Shown here in pieces: positions 50,994 to 63,180 of a stretch of DNA of 64,000 nt. Every line of letters starts with the position of its first letter. Position 1 is the first letter of the stretch. Below the pieces are notes generated by a model. That model was not told the origin of the DNA and searched no databases. It saw only the letters and a program-made list of their open reading frames with translations. The position numbers were made by a program, and so were the translations under genes. The stretch spans positions 64,046,001-64,110,000 of the forward strand of contig NC_043003.1 of NCBI RefSeq assembly GCF_006345805.1, in the 5' to 3' direction. This DNA is from Octopus sinensis (lineage: Eukaryota).

Positions 50994-51715
50994 TTAAAAA
51001 AGCATGTCCTTTTTAAAGTACCAGCTGACAAAATTATACTAATCTGTGTGAGGAATACAGTGGCATAAGCTAACAAACGGAACAAGTTTATTAACTTATT
51101 AACATGACAAAATAACAGGAAACGAGAGAGAACAAAGCTGCTACTGATGTAGAAAAGTTTACAATTGACAACCATTATAATGATGCCAATGTGAGTCAGC
51201 ATTTGTTTTTTTTTGCTCAAAATTTATTCATTTCAGTTAGATTCTATCAGCTAATAGGAAGAGGGGTTCAGCGAAGTAACAGTCATCCTGTTTTTGTTTT
51301 TTTAATGGGCTGTCAACAAATTTTAATATATAACCCTTTTTTGTTTCCTCTTCTTTGTCTGCTGGTTGATTTTGAAGGCATCTATAATATATGTATATAT
51401 TATCATTTTAACCCTTTTAACCATATTTTCCAAGAAACCATACAACATATTTTGTTGAATCTTGTGAGGATCATTACACCAATAATAAACATACATACAC
51501 ACTGGTTCTGTTTCACTTCTTTTATAACTAATCACTAAGTTAATCAATCAGGTTTATCAAAGTCTGACAGTCGTGAGGTAGATCTCAAGTAGAAAGGTCA
51601 TGCTATTGATGAGCCTACCAGTAACGTTGAAAGGACTTTGACAAATTTAGTTGATTGATTGAATGACCAAACAATTAGTGAAACAATGAATTAGTTAATT
51701 AGTTAAATGGTTAAT

Positions 51716-52432
51716 CATCATCATCATCATCATCATTTAACGTCCACTTTCCATGCTAGCATGGGTTGGGTGATTTGAGTGAGGTCTGGAGAACTAGATG
51801 GCTGCACCAGGCTCCAATCTGATCTGGCAGAGTTTCTACAGCTGGATGCTCTTCCTAACGCCAACCACTCCCAGAGTGTAGTGGGTGTTTTTACATGCCA
51901 CCGGCATGAGGGCCAGTCAGGCAGTACTGGCAACAGCCACACTCAAATGGTGCTTTTTATGTGCCGTCTGCACAGGAGCCAGTCTAGTGGTACAGGCAAC
52001 GACCTTGCTCGAATGTTTTTTCCCGTGCCACCAGGACAAGTGCCAGTGAGGCGGCGCAGGTAACAATCATGCTCGAATGGTGCTTTTTACGTGTCACTGG
52101 CACAGAAGCCAGTTTGTTGCTCTGGCAACAATCATGCTCGGATGGTGCTCTTAGCGCTCCACTAACATGGATGCCAGCCATCGAATTTGATTTTGATTTC
52201 GATTTCACTCACCTCAACAGGTCTTCGCAAGCGGATTTAGTGTCCAATGAAGGAAAGGTATGCATAAGTGGGCTGGTTACACCTCTGGCATAAGCCACGA
52301 GGTTATGGTCTCACTTGGCTTGCCAAGTCTTCTCAAGCACAGCATATTTCCAAAGGTCTTGGTCACTAGTCATTGCTTTGGTGAGGCCCAATGTTTGAAG
52401 GTCATGCTTCACCACCTCATCCCAGGTCTTTC
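51716..52432 (-). mobile_element. RTE-LINE 3' fragment (~700 bp)
   Basis: (CAT)n tail, 3' UTR units, and the end of the ORF (KTWDEVVKHDL) at about 52400-52430. Confidence 0.85.
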
Positions 52433-53401
52433 TGGTTAACCAACTGACTAATAATAATACTATAGTCTATAGTCCCAGTACTCAACTGTTACTTATTTCA
52501 TCAATCCCCAAAGGATGAAAGACAAAGTCAATCTTAGCAGAATTTGAAGCCAGAATATAAAGACAGATAAGCATTTTGTCTAGCTTGCTAACAATTCTGC
52601 CAGATTGCTGCCTTCAGTTGACTAATAATAATAAAGAAGTGAAACAGAACCAATGTGTGTGTTTATTATTGGCATAATGATCCTCTCAAAAATACAACAA
52701 AGTCTGTTTCAAGGCACATGTTCATGTCTGGAATCTTGCAAACCAAATACAATAATGAAGCATACTGTATATGCTTTCCAGTTATATTTGAAAATAATCA
52801 CAAGAAAAAGGTTTTAGTGACATAATTAACAAAGTCTTTAGTAATCTGGTGTTTAGAATGTATCATAAAAGCATCTTCTTATGTATTGGAATTAATTAAG
52901 ATATTAATTTCAAATATTTAGCACAAGGCCAGCAATTTTGGGGGAAGGAGTAAGTCAATTAAATTGAACCCAGAGTCCATGTATGTATGTGGCGGTGTGT
53001 GGACTAGTGGTTAGAGTTGTTACACTAATGACTAAGATTTCATTTCCTGGACAGGTGATACATTGTGTCCTTGAGCAAGACACTTCATTTCACATTGCTT
53101 CCATCACTCAGCTGAATAATTCTCTGACGGACTAGCATCCCATCCAGGGACAGAACATAAATACCTACAGTACAGAAAGGACCTTTGATCTTTCTTTTGT
53201 ATATATGTGTGTATGTGTGTGTATGTGTGTGTGTGTGCATGCATGTATGTGTGTGTGCATGCATATATGTGTGTGTGTGTGTGTGTGTATGTGTGTGTGT
53301 GCATGCATATATGTGTGTGTGTGTGTATGTGTGTGTAATCCCTATCGTTGTATCTATTAGAATTCTTTCCTTCAGTCAGTGCGAAATTTTTATGTAGTTA
53401 C

Positions 53402-53515
53402 ACATAATATATTCCCTTTTGTACTTGTCACTTTCATTCACTGGAATCTTGCATTGATCTGCCAAAAAGTTTGGGAATCCTTTTATTTGAAATCTTCTAG
53501 AACTGGCCATTTTCT
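53402..53515 (-). CDS. candidate exon ([12 protein letters not shown]-like hypothesis)
   Basis: Acceptor tataaatag|AG (weak tract), donor T|gtaact. Peptide KMASSRRFQIKGFPNFLADQCKIPVNESDKYKREYIM. LAxxC..PV..EYIM resembles recalled human [32 protein letters not shown]. Confidence 0.35.
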
Positions 53516-53917
53516 CTATTTATACATTTTTCATTTGCATCACGTTTTGGATGATTTTGTGTTTTTTTACTTCTATTTATTTATCATTTTTGCATATGTC
53601 TGTGTGAACATATGCGTTTGCATAACAATTTTGTTCTAAATTTACCTTCAATGTTACTAAGTTTTGGTTAAAGAATCTTCTTGACGTCATAATAAGAAAC
53701 CATATTTTTTAACTATAAGAGGTCTCCATGTATAGTTCTTAAAAGAATGCATAAAAATTCTATAAAATAATGAACATAAACTAAAAGAACAACTTATCTT
53801 GAAATCTTTGCTGTTGAAGAATTCAATAATATTAATATAATACAGAAATTATCAAAGAAATTCTCTTCAGAAAATTTCTACTTCTAAATCTCACATGAAG
53901 ATATTCAGCAACAGTAC

Positions 53918-54288
53918 TTTGTAGTAAAGATTGTTTACCAACATAACATGGTAATCCTGGTTTAGGACTAATGTTGCTGTAATTTAGCCCCAGGAGACAT
54001 CGTCTCCAGCTGGTTATACGACACGATCTGTGTCCTTATATTTTTTAACAAAGGAATCTAGCACCCCCACTCAGCTCGAAATAATATCTGTTTATAACCC
54101 AGAAATCACAATTTAGAGATATTGTTTTGAGCTGAGTGGGAGTGCTAGATTCCCTTGTTCGAAAATATAAGGACACAGATCATGTCGTAGAGCCAGCTGG
54201 AGACGATGTTTCCTGGGGCTAAATTACAGCAACATTAGTCCTAAACCAGGACTGCCATGTTATGTTGGCAAATAATCTTTACTACAAA
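53918..54288. repeat. long imperfect palindrome/foldback (arms about 170 bp, loop about 27 nt)
   Basis: TTTGTAGTAAAGATTGTTTACCAACATAACATGG... pairs with ...CCATGTTATGTTGGCAAATAATCTTTACTACAAA, with scattered mismatches. Confidence 0.92.
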
Positions 54289-55600
54289 TTCTCTTCAGTT
54301 TGATCAAAACTATACAGCAAATGTACATTTAGAAGAAAGAGAAATACACACAAAATAAATAGATTAATTAATTAATTAATTAATTTATAAATAAACAAGA
54401 GCACTCAGAGAAAGTAAATCTTTGCCAAGGCAACACCAATGTCCTCTCAATGATTAGCCAGAGATGATTTTTAAAATGAGAATGCCTGAAATAAACTCAA
54501 CTGCTCTCACAAACAAGAATACTAAAGATGAACCCAACCGCTCTCAAAAATTAGGTAAAAAACAGGAACAATAATGCAGAATTCTTGTCCGGTGCTGGAT
54601 CGATCCCAAAATCTAATCAGTTCATGTCAGTCATGAGGCCAAACATCCCTGAAAGTTTCATCTTAATCCATCCAGCACTAGGTCTACTCATGTCCAAGTG
54701 CACTCAAACTGTTGAATATGAAAACACAAAAAGTTTCATTCAAAACTGCTTTGTGCCCCATTATTTATCACCTCTGTCATATTGAAGGCGAAGGTATTAT
54801 TTTCAGTCGTGTTTGTTTGTTTGTCTGTCTTTGGACAAGATATCTCAAGAATCACCAGATGGATTCAGATGAAACTTTCAGGGATGTTTGGCCTCATGAC
54901 TGGCACAAACTGATTAGATTTTGAGATCAATTTGGCACCTGACAAGGATTCTGGATTATTTTTCCTGTTTTTTTTTACTTAATTTTTGAGAGCAGACAGG
55001 TTCATTTTTTGTATTCTCATTTGTGAGAGCAGTCGATTTTATTTTAGGTATTCTCATTTTAAAAATCATCTCCAGCTAATTATTAAGAGGGTGTTGGTAT
55101 CGCCTTGGCAGAAGTTTGCGTTCTCTGAGTGCTCTTATTATTATTATTATTATTACTTTTATTATTAGATTGGCCGATTGGAGTCTGGTGCAGCCGCTGG
55201 CTCTCCAGACCTCAGTCAAACCATCCAACCAATGCCAGCATAGAAAATAGACATTAAACGATGATGATGATGATGGTAGCAAAATCTCTACAGCATCTTA
55301 CAAAATAGTTTACATATTTGTTCCAGCTGTACATTTTGAATTCAAATCCTGCTGAGGTCAGCTTTGTCTTTCATCTTTCAGGAATAAAAAAAAATATAGC
55401 AATAGACAAGTATTGGGGTTGATCTGATTGACAAACCCCTCTTCACAAATTTCAGGACTTGTGTTTTTACAGGAAGCAACTAATGGTAGTGGGTTGGCAG
55501 AATTGTAACATTACCTTACTGCTATTCTATAGTCTTCTATTTTACAAGGAAGAACACAAGATTCTTTCATTTCTGTATCTGGTTTTTCTCTTTTATCACT

Positions 55601-55973
55601 TTTACTTGTTTCAGTCATTTGATGCGGCCATGCTGAAGCACCACCTTTAGTCGAGCAAATCGACCCCAGGACTTATTCTTTGAAAGCCTAGTACTTATTC
55701 TATCAATCTCTTTTGCCGAACCGCTACGTTACGGGTGCGTAAACACACCACTATCAGTTGTGAAGCGATGTTGGGGAGACAAACACAGACACATACATAT
55801 GCATATATACGATGGGCTTCTATCGATTTCCATCAACCAAATCCACTCACAAGGCTTTGGTTGGCCTGAGGCTATAGTAGAAGACACTTGCCCAAGATGC
55901 CACGCATTGGGAATGAGCCTGGAACCATGTGGTTGGTAAGCAATCTACTTACCACACAGCCACTCCTGTGCCT
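55601..55973 (-). mobile_element. family A tRNA-SINE
   Basis: Reverse complement of the family A consensus. Confidence 0.9.
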
Positions 55974-57029
55974 CATTTGCAAGATTCTTGATGTTAAAGT
56001 ATACTCTGTTTTTATCTTGGGAGGGTCATTATGCCAGTAATAACACATGCACTGGTTCTATTTCATTTCTTTATTTTTATTTGTCAGTTGTTTTAATTAT
56101 TTAACCAATTAATCTATTAATCATTTGACTAATCAATCAGTTAGCTGGGTTTGTCAAAATCCTTTCATCGCCATTCATAACCTCATCAATGACATACATA
56201 TACCTTCTCTAGTCCAGGTCTGCTCCAGGTTTGTCTGTCTCAGACTTTGTTTTCTGTATTCCACTCATATTCAATCAATTTTCTATGAATTCACTTTAGA
56301 CTCAACATGTGTTACCCTGATTGACTGCAAATTTACTTCATGGAGATTTCCTTAGAATTTTTATTTCACAACTAAAAAAAACAAAACAAAAACCATTTCA
56401 ATATCTTTCCTTCATTCTCATAGAAACCAAACCAAAATGAGAATATATCTAAACAAACCCGATATTCTTCTCCCAACTTAATTTCTTCTCTCTTTTTATA
56501 TCTCACCCTTGCTCTTTTCATTTATTTATATATATTCACCTCCCCCTTTCCCTATCTTCCATATTCTCTCTTTTCCTTAAGCTTCTCTTCATCTGTCCAC
56601 CTCTAGAAAACTTATAGAGATCATTACAGTCTTATTTTCTCTAAGATGCCTCCGTAGAGTAAGACTATAAGACCTAAATGTCAAAATACTGAACACAATC
56701 TAATCAGATACTATTCAAAAGTCCATTGCAACCTTGAAAACTGAAAAGCCTATATTCCAAAGCTTTTTCAAGACTATTTTCATGGTTGCACTTCTTTTAT
56801 TAATACAATAACTTTGCACGGGTTTCACCCTTCTATATTTTCAGATTTAAATCTATACTGTCTTACAAGTAGAATGCAGCACAATTTCTTGTTTACTTAA
56901 GCTGAGATGAACTGTTATTCACAAACGTAATAAACCATCTGCAGTGGTTTCTATTCACTGCTAGTTTTATTACCATACTAACAAATGTGACCCACGTAAC
57001 TGCATTTAGCTTTCTTCGTTACACTCAAC

Positions 57030-57409
57030 CTCTGTCTCTCTGTCTGTCTGTCTCTTTCTCTCTCTCTCTCTCTCTCCCTCACCTTCTATCTTTTTCTGTT
57101 TGCCCCTCTCCCCCTCACTACATGTGTATATATGTGTGTGTGTGTACACAGATATAAATATAGATATATTTATATACATATATGTACACACACACAGATG
57201 TATAAACATGTAGAGAGAGAGAGAGAAAGAGAAAGAGAAATAAATAAATAGATAGATAGATAGATAGATAGACAGGCAGACAAACAGACGGACGGACGGA
57301 CAAATAGATAGATAGATAGATATACATATAGATAGACAGGCAGACAGACAGACGGACGGACAAATAGATAGATAGATAGATAGATAGATATATAGATAGA
57401 TAGATAGAC

Positions 57410-57490
<81 letters not shown>
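57030..57490. repeat. compound (CT)n/(GA)n/(GATA)n/(GACA)n microsatellite
   Basis: Read directly from the sequence. Confidence 0.95.
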
Positions 57491-58935
57491 CATTTATCTG
57501 TATACATACATGGATACACACAGACATATATATACGTCTATATCTATAAACATATATGCATATATGTATATATATGCGTGTGTGTGTGTGTTTGTGTTTA
57601 AAAGAAGAGAATCTTTATTTTGCATAATTCTAAAAACGTGTTTGCACTACTATTACAAGCATATCAATGCTTAAGCTGTTATTTATTCATCACAGTGGAG
57701 ACAAAGTACAAATACATCCATTTTCATTTTCCTCTCCACCTGCTTAGACGTGAAGCATTCAATAAATAACAACAACAAATGAAATAAACATTTCACTTTA
57801 TGAACAATTTGGTTTTGACTGCCATATTCTTGATCTGCCTTCTATATCTATGCAAACACAGATGTGTAGATAAGACATTGACTTCCCAATCGCATCGTTT
57901 TGGGTTCAATTCCAATCTGTGCTGCCACCTTCGCCAAGTGTCTGCTACTATAGCCTTTTTATTTTTATTTTTTTTATGCGCCCTTTTCAAGCCTAGCCAG
58001 GCTCATGGGCCTGGTTTCCCGGTTTCTGTGGCGTATGTGTTCCCCCCAGCTGCATGGGACGCCAGTCCATCACAGCGTTACCCAAGAAACAGGAAGAAAG
58101 AGCGAGAGAAAGTTGTGGCGAAAGAGTATAATAGGGGTTGCCACCAACCCTTGCCGGAGCCTTGTAGAGCTTTTAGGTGTTTTCGCTCAATAAACATACA
58201 CAATGCCTGGTCTGGGAATCGAAACCGCAATCCTCCGATCGCGAGTCCGCTTCCCTAACCACTAGGCCATTGCGCCTCCACACTGTAGCCTTAGGTGAAT
58301 CAAAGTATCATGAGCAGATAGGGAATTAGGAAACTGTAAGAAGCACATTGTAGGTGTATATATAAATATATATACATAGTCTAGTGGAGGCAGATGGCTT
58401 AGTGGTTAGGGTATTCAGCTTAAGATTATAAGGCTGTTAGTTCAATTCCTGGTGGTGCATTGTCTCCTTGAGCAAGACTCTTTATTTCACATTGCTCCAG
58501 TCCACTCAGCTGGCGAAAATGAGTTGTACCTGTATTTCAAAGGGCCAGCCTTGTCACACTCTGTGTCATGCTGAATCTCCCTGAAAGAACCAGTTTAACT
58601 GGAGATCTCCCAAGTATTTCCAATACAGAATTGTGACAAAGTAAAACCTCTGACCCTACCAAAAGACCACACAGAGTCCTTTACTAATCTTAGCAATATT
58701 GTTAGCCAGCTGTACTAACAGACAGCTGTTATTGATAATCCTGGATTACCCAGATTGATAATCCCTCACTAATAACCCTATAAACACAGATATATATAGA
58801 TATATATTATATTATGTATATATGTGTGTGTGTGCATTGTTTGTCCCAACCACAACTAACACTGGACAACCAGTGTTGGTTTAATTATGTCCCCATTAGC
58901 TAGCAGTTTGGCAAAAGAGACTGATGGAATAAGTA

Positions 58936-59352
58936 CTCTCTTTACTTGTTTCAGTCATTTGACTGTGGCCATGCTGGAGCACCGCCTTTACTCAACCAAA
59001 TCAACCCCAGGACTTATTCTTTGTAAACCTAGTACTTATTCTATCAGTCTCTTTTGCTGAACCACTAAGTTACAGGACGTAAGCACACCAACATCGGTTG
59101 TCAAGCGATATTGGGGGGACAAACACAAACACACAAACACACACACACACACACATACATATATATATATGTATATATATACACATATACGATGGGTTTC
59201 TTTCAGTTTCCGTCTATCAAATCCACTCACAAGGCTTTGGTCAGCCCGAGGCTATAGTAAAAGACACTTGCCCAAGGTGCCACACAGTGGGATTGAACCC
59301 GGAACCATGTGGTTTATTAGCAAGTTACTTACCACACAGCCACTCTTACACC
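58936..59352 (-). mobile_element. family A tRNA-SINE
   Basis: Reverse complement of the family A consensus. Confidence 0.9.
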
Positions 59353-59945
59353 TAGGACTTGAAAAAATAAAAAGATACTGTGGTCAATTTGTTTGACTAA
59401 AAAAACCCTCAAGGTGGTGCCCCAGCAAGGCCGCAGTTCAATGACTAAAACTTGTAGAAAATTAAAGGCAAAAGGTCAACTCTAAGATACAGCCAAACTG
59501 AAAATAAAATAGATGATTGAATATATGAAATTATTATTATTTCATTGAAGATTTCCATTTAATATTAAAGGAGTTAAAGTTGGCAGAACCGTTAGCACAT
59601 CGGGCAAAATGCTTTGCAGCATTTAATCTGTTTTTATGTTTTGGGTTCAAATTCCACTGTGGTAACTTTGCCTTTCATCCTTTCAGGATCAAAAAAATAG
59701 GTACCATTAAGCTCTAGGGTTGATATAATTGATTTACCTTCATCCCCCAAATTACAGGCTTTGTGCCAATATTTGAAACTATAGGCGCAGGAGTGGCTCT
59801 GTGGCAAGTAGCTTGCTTCCCAATCACATGGTTCTGGGTTCAGTTCCACTGTGTGGTACCGTGGGCAAGTGTTTCTAATATAGCCTTGGGCCAACCAAAA
59901 GCCTTGTGAGTGGATTTGGTAGACAGAAACTGAAAGAAGTCTGTC

Positions 59946-59977
<32 letters not shown>

Positions 59978-59979
<2 letters not shown>

Positions 59980-60630
59980 TCATCATCATCATCATTAAGC
60001 GTCCGTTTTCCATGCTAGCATGGGTTGGACGGTTCAACTGGGGTCTGTGAACCCAGAAGGCTGCATCAGGCCCAGTCAGATCTGGCAGTGTTTCTATGGC
60101 TGGATGCCCTTCCTAACGCCAACGACTCCGTGAGTGTAGTGGGTGCTTTTTACATGCCACCCGCACAGGTGCCAGACAGAGCTGGCAAACAGCCACGAAC
60201 GGATGGTGCTATTACGTGCCGGTGGCACGTAATAGCACCATCCGTTCGGGGGCCAGGCGAGGCTGGCAACGGACATGAACGTATGGTGCTTTTACGTGCC
60301 ACAGACACGGGGACCAGGCGAGGCTGGCAGCGGACACGAACGGATGGTGCTTTTACGTGCCACCGGCACAGAGGCCAGATGGGGCGGCGCCGGAAACAGC
60401 CACGATCGGATGGTTCACTTAACCACAGCTGCAACTTCCACTGATGTTGATCAACCTCAATTTTGGTTCTGCTTTCTGATATGTGATTTGATTTGGTTTG
60501 ATTTTGATTTTGACTGTTCTCACTGGTGGTGCCGGGTCTTCTCACGCACAGCATGCTTCCATAAGTCTCGGTCTCTAGTCATTTCCTTGGAGAGACCTAA
60601 AGTTCGAAGGTCGTGCTTCACCACCTCGTC
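59978..60630 (-). mobile_element. RTE-LINE 3' fragment flanked by (TA)n on both sides
   Basis: DEVVKHDLRTLGLSKEMTRDRDLWKHAVREKTR (ORF 60520..60786), 3' UTR and (GAT)n tail. Confidence 0.9.
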
Positions 60631-60674
60631 ATATATATATATATATAAATATATATATACATACATATATACAT

Positions 60675-60744
<70 letters not shown>

Positions 60745-60752
<8 letters not shown>

Positions 60753-60903
60753 GTTCAAGAGACAGAATCACCCTCAAGCAACTCAATCATCATTGAATGA
60801 CATTATCCATAATAGGTACATATAGCACTAAATATTAGAATTATCAACATATTCAATGATGATTGAGTTGTTTGAGGGTGATTCTGTCTCTTAAACCTAT
60901 CTA
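60745..60903. repeat. inverted repeat, ~53-bp arms with ~52-nt spacer
   Basis: TAGGTTCAAGAGACAGAATCACCCTCAAGCAACTCAATCATCATTGAAT pairs with ATTCAATGATGATTGAGTTGTTTGAGGGTGATTCTGTCTCTTAAACCTA. Confidence 0.9.
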
Positions 60904-62175
60904 TATATACGTATATAATACAGTGAGTCATTCATTTTAGTACCACTAACTTGAACTTCTCTCCCTTGTGGACTCAGAAATAACTCCCTTAATATTAATA
61001 TTAATTATTATATATAATAATAATAATAATGATAATAATAATAATAATAATAATAGGGAGTATAACACCAAACTTACAGGGAAAAATTCAATTTAACATT
61101 AAATCAAATTTCACAATATAAATATATAATATATATATATTAGAGAAAAAGCACTATTATGTAATTCAAACAATGATAGACATAAACTATATCATATAGA
61201 AAAAATAAAATATATTATAAAACATATAACTAGATCACAAAAAGTACAAAAAAATGAATAAACATTATATAATAAGTAAAAATATGTATGTATACGTTTG
61301 TGTGTCTATGTTTGTCCCCCCAACAATGCTTGACAATCAATGCTGGTTTGACAAAAGAGACCAATGGAATAAGTACTAGGCTTACAAAGAATAAGTCCTG
61401 GGGTCGATTTGTTCAACTAAAGGCAGCGCTCTAGCATGGCTGCAGTTAAATGACTAAAACAAATAAAAGAATAATATCAAATGAGTTATTAAATGTGTCA
61501 CTGATAAGATGCGATTATTATCTTCAATTAATTCTTTTAACAAACACTGAGGATGTCAACGAGGATAATAAAGAGATGCTGATGATAGATAAATCATCTT
61601 CCTCTGTAGCTGTCACATTAAATATCGTGATTTCTTTGTAAGGATGGTGTGTATTGGCATACTAAATGTTAAATGAGTGCTTTTAAAATTTCCTCACACA
61701 CATACACACATGCATATATTCAAACACAACCAGGCACACATACATGTGCACACATACACTCACACATCATACACACAAACATACTCACTCACATATGCAT
61801 ACACACACACACACATTCACACACACATACGCTCTGACGCACACACTCACACATGTGTATCTGTGTGAGTGTGTGTATGAGTATCTGTGCATGGACATAT
61901 ACATTACACAGAAACACAAACATTCACACACATAGATGCACATACACATATGTGTGCACGTGCACACACACACACACACACACACGCACAGTCAATCTAA
62001 AGTTCAAATTTCTAAGGTTATATATTCACCCATCTTTGCTTCATTAGGGGACAAGGGACACCATTATTTATTGTCTCAAATATTTTACATGGATTCAACC
62101 TTCATCAAAGAGTAGTAAATATTTTACGGCACCCTTCAATAATGAGATGCTAAATTTTATTGTGCAAAATGTTAT

Positions 62176-62575
62176 AGGTGCAGGTGTGGGTGTGTGGTAA
62201 GAAGCTTGCTTCCCAACCACATGGTTCCAGGTTCAGTCCCACTGCATGGCACCTTGGGTAAGTGTCTTCTAATATAGCCTTGGGCTGACCAAAGCCTTGT
62301 GGATTTGGTTGACAGAAACTGAAAAAAGCACATCATATATATGTGTGTGTGTGTGTGTGTCTGTCTGTCTCTCTGTCTGTATTTATCCCCCCCACCATCG
62401 CTTGACAACCAATGTTGGTATGTTTACATCATCGTAACTTAGCAGTTCGGCAAAAGAGAATGATAGAATGAGTACTAGGCTTACAAAGAATAATTACTGG
62501 GGTTGATTTGTTCAACTAAAAGTGGTGCTCTAGCATGGCCACAATCAAATGACTGAATAAAGTAAAAGGATAAAG
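62176..62575 (+). mobile_element. family A tRNA-SINE
   Basis: Matches the family A consensus. Confidence 0.88.
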
Positions 62576-62589
62576 AGACTATCAATTAT

Positions 62590-63180
62590 TCTTTCCTACT
62601 CTAGGGGAGGGGGTCATTCAATTAGATCGACCCCAGTACGCAACTGGTACTTAATTTATCGACCCCCAAGGGATGAAAGGTAAAGTCAACCTCGGGGGAA
62701 TTTGAACTCAGAATGTAAAGACAGACGAAATACTGCTAAGCATTTCACCTGGCGTGCTAACGTTTCTTATTTCCTTACTGCCCACATGAGGCTACACACA
62801 GAGGGGACAAACAAGGACAGACAAACAGATTAAGTCAATTATATCGGCCCCAGTGCGTAACTGGTAATTATTTAATCAACCCCGAAAGAATGAAAGGCAA
62901 AGTCGACCTCAGCAGAATTTGAACTCAGAATGTAATGACAGACAAAATACTGCTAAGCATTTCGCCCAGCATGCTAATGATTTTGCCAGCTCGCCACCTT
63001 AATGAAAAGGAATATTCTTTTCTACCCTATGTACCAGGCCTGGAATTTTGGGAGAGGAGGCCAGTCGATTAGATCGACCCCAGTACACAACTTAATTTAT
63101 CAATCCTGAAAGGATGAAAGGCGAAATTTACCTTGGGAGAATTAGAACTCAGAACGTAAACCAGCTCACCACCTTAAAGA
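62590..63180 (-). mobile_element. cluster of three family B SINEs
   Basis: Repeated GACCCCAGT..AACTGGTAC..TTTATCGACCCC..AGGATGAAAGGCAAAGTCGACCTC..GAATTTGAACTCAGAA. Confidence 0.85.

Noticed and set aside
57800-58258. 152-aa ORF
   Set aside because: It reads through two abutting SINE fragments in opposite orientations.
946-62047. Dozens of supplied ORFs rich in H, I, Y/I, C/V, S/L, M or E
   Set aside because: They are translations of (CA)n, (TA)n, (TATG)n, (AAT)n, (GAT)n, (GA)n and (GATA)n microsatellites.
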